A stretch of 64,000 bases of DNA from Mobula hypostoma (Eukaryota), in contig NC_086097.1 in NCBI RefSeq assembly GCF_963921235.1, positions 68,078,001 through 68,142,000 of the forward strand, in the 5' to 3' direction. Of the stretch, positions 61,816 to 64,000 are shown piece after piece. The stretch's first letter is position 1, and the number at the start of each line of letters is the position of its first letter. The notes beneath the pieces were generated by a model, which was not told where the DNA came from, made no database searches, and worked only from the letters and a program-made list of their open reading frames with translations. The position numbers were made by a program, and so were the translations under genes.

Positions 61816-62110
61816 TTATCACAAACAAGAGAAAATCTGCAGATGCTGGAAATCTAAGTGAGACACACAAAATGCTGGAGCAACTCAGCAGGCCAGACAG
61901 CATCTATGGAAAAAAGTAAAGTCGATGATTTAGACTGTCTCCCTTCAGCAAGACTGGAGAAAAATAAAATGATTTAAAAAAAAGATGAGGAGTACTCCTC
62001 ATCTTTTTCCCTCCAGTCCTGGTGAAGGGTCTCAGCCCTAAACATCAACTTTACTCTTTTCCATAGATGCTACCTGGCCTGCTGAGTTCCTCCAGTATTT
62101 TGTGTGTGTT
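61816..62110. mobile_element. Fold-back Penelope pLTR insertion in CR1
   Basis: Long inverted arms centred on aaagatgaggagtactcctcatcttt. Exact 10-bp TSD gcttgaatat (61806-15 and 62111-20). Confidence 0.9.
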
Positions 62111-62292
62111 GCTTGAATATGCTCCTTTGGCTGTCATACTATAGGAAGGACATGATGGCACTGCCAAGGTTGCAAAGGAGAATCATTAGGACATTGTTTT
62201 GGATAGAGATTTCATTTAGGAGAAAAGACTCAATTATCAATGGGCTTATTTTCCATGAAGCACAGAGATTTAGGGGGGGCCTGAATGAAGTA

Positions 62293-62690
62293 CAGTAAAA
62301 CTCTGATAATCCACCATTCGATTGTTTGAAATTCAACTGGTTTAACATCTGCCTTAACTGTTCTCTTTTCCATGCTCACGAGGGCCCATTTCCAGCACTC
62401 CATTTAAACACACTCACTCTGCTGGCACTATTTCCTCTGTACAGTTTAAATTCACTGAGGTCCAATTTCCCATGATACTTTTAAGCACAATGGAGCCTTG
62501 TTTTCCATGCCCTGACTAAAACTCACCTAGTTCACTGGGAAATACATTACACCACTGTGTAACATCTTTAAAAATAATGAATTGTAAGTGTTTTGGAATA
62601 TCAAGAGGAGTACTATCCACTAATTTGAAAATCTGCTGTACATCACCAACAAAGCCCTAATGGTGCTGTGTTTTTATTTGAATTTTATTG
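62293..62690. mobile_element. Tigger-like non-autonomous DNA transposon
   Basis: ta|cagtaaaactc ... gaattttattg (9 of 11 TIR match). CR1 text resumes after it. Confidence 0.5.
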
Positions 62691-64000
62691 AGTCAAAATT
62701 ATGAAGGCCATAAACAGGATAGATGGAATGAAATTCCACAGCAAAAATTATAAACCAATAATCTACAGATTGAAGGTAAAAGGTCTGGCTAGAATTTAGG
62801 AAGGAGTTTTTCACAACAAAGATGGTTGGTTATCTAAAACGTACAGCCTGAAAGACTGATATAGGCAAGTACTCTCACTTATTTAAGATGGACAGTATCT
62901 CTACAAGCATTTCAATTGTTAAGGCATGGAAGACTTGTCAAGTGCTGAAAAATGGGATTACCATAGATAGGCATTCAATGGTCAGTTTGGTCATGATCAC
63001 CTGTTTCCATGTTATATAACTGTACAACTCTGGTTATGCATGTTGAATTTGTAATTGAGATATTTCAGACAGTGCTGACTGAAGTATGACGTTTTCAACC
63101 ACTTCATCAAACAGGTATCAATTAAACTACATGATATTAATGAGGTAGCTACTGAAACATGAATGTTTTAGCCCATCTCCACTAGTAGTGTGGATTTCTT
63201 TCTTCAATGGATCACCACATTTTATCCTTCAGAGTTTTCACCCATAACTTATGCAATGTGATTAGCTTTATGGAACATATTCAATCATTTAGCTGAAGTT
63301 CAAAATACTTCTTGCATTCTATCACATTTACTGCATTTTCCAATGAACCCACATGGTACTTCTTGCTTCTGCATTGAGAGATTTACCTTCTATTTTGCTT
63401 TACTTTTCATAAATTCATAGATTTACCAGCCTCATTCTAGCAGTTGCTTCATTAGTGCCCTTTCTTCCATCATAGAGCCAAAAGTGAGGATATTTGCTAA
63501 TTGATTCCACAAGGGTTAATTTAATTTCCAACTTTTCAAGAAATTAGGAGCTCTTGCCCGCTTGCAGAAAGATCTCAACAACAACTAGGCAAGTAATATC
63601 TGTGCAACATAGGCAATGACCATCTCCAATACTTAAGCACCCAACTGGAGTCTAAACTTCAATGCTTGATATTCTAAAGGCAGCACCATTCTCAAATTCC
63701 CCACTATCAATAGCCTGAGGTGGGAATGGAAGGAAAGGGAAGAAGTACCAATGACCAGGAGATCTACTGGACCAGACAAATATATACCGCAATTACAAGG
63801 GCAGATAAGAAGTTGGTATCTTGTTGTCATTGACTCACCCCCTGACACCCCAAAGCCTTTTATCCTTCTACAAAGTTCAAGGAATACAATGCAATATAGT
63901 TTACTTACTGGATAAGTGTAGGTTCATAGCCCTGAAGGACTGAGTGGTCTACTTGATTGGTACACAGTCCATGACCCTGAACATTCATTCCCTCAACCAG

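Larger units (their letters stand above)
61400..63025 (+). mobile_element. CR1 fragment with two nested insertions
   Basis: ORF 61428..61610 'ISKFTDNTIIG..WAEKWKMEFN'. Confidence 0.8.

Noticed and set aside
1..64000. CRISPR array, prokaryotic operon, rRNA or endogenous viral gene
   Set aside because: No regularly spaced direct repeats, no long intact ORFs and no rRNA-like sequence. The recurring short repeats are dispersed TE ends.

Overview
AT-rich, CpG-poor vertebrate DNA that is mostly decayed transposable elements. The mix of CR1, Rex1/Babar, Penelope-like, HE1-type V-SINE and Deu-type SINE repeats suggests a cartilaginous fish, probably a ray (inference). There is no intact long protein-coding gene. 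Every recognisable ORF in the track is a broken retroelement or transposase fragment (CR1, Rex1/Babar, RTE, L1, HERO-type RLE, Penelope RT/GIY-YIG, Tc1). The unique sequence holds a candidate minus-strand host transcription unit that I cannot name: a TATA/CCAAT/CCAAT/CACCC promoter near 36.9 kb and small GT-AG exons at 26.3 kb, 4.2 kb and 2.5 kb. The most notable system is Penelope-related. The pseudo-LTR carries a minimal type I hammerhead ribozyme (best copy 10869-10904, more than ten decayed copies). It also occurs as short non-coding fold-back insertions with the ribozyme region at the hairpin centre, asymmetric arms and 10-15 bp target-site duplications. Other highlights are a solo LTR with a 4-bp TSD, a palindromic hAT MITE, a three-TIR Tc1 derivative, an inverted pair of an unclassified ~610-630 bp element, and a perfect 29-bp template-switch hairpin. 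Repeat boundaries are approximate unless a TSD or TIR is quoted. Family names come from motif recognition, not database searches.
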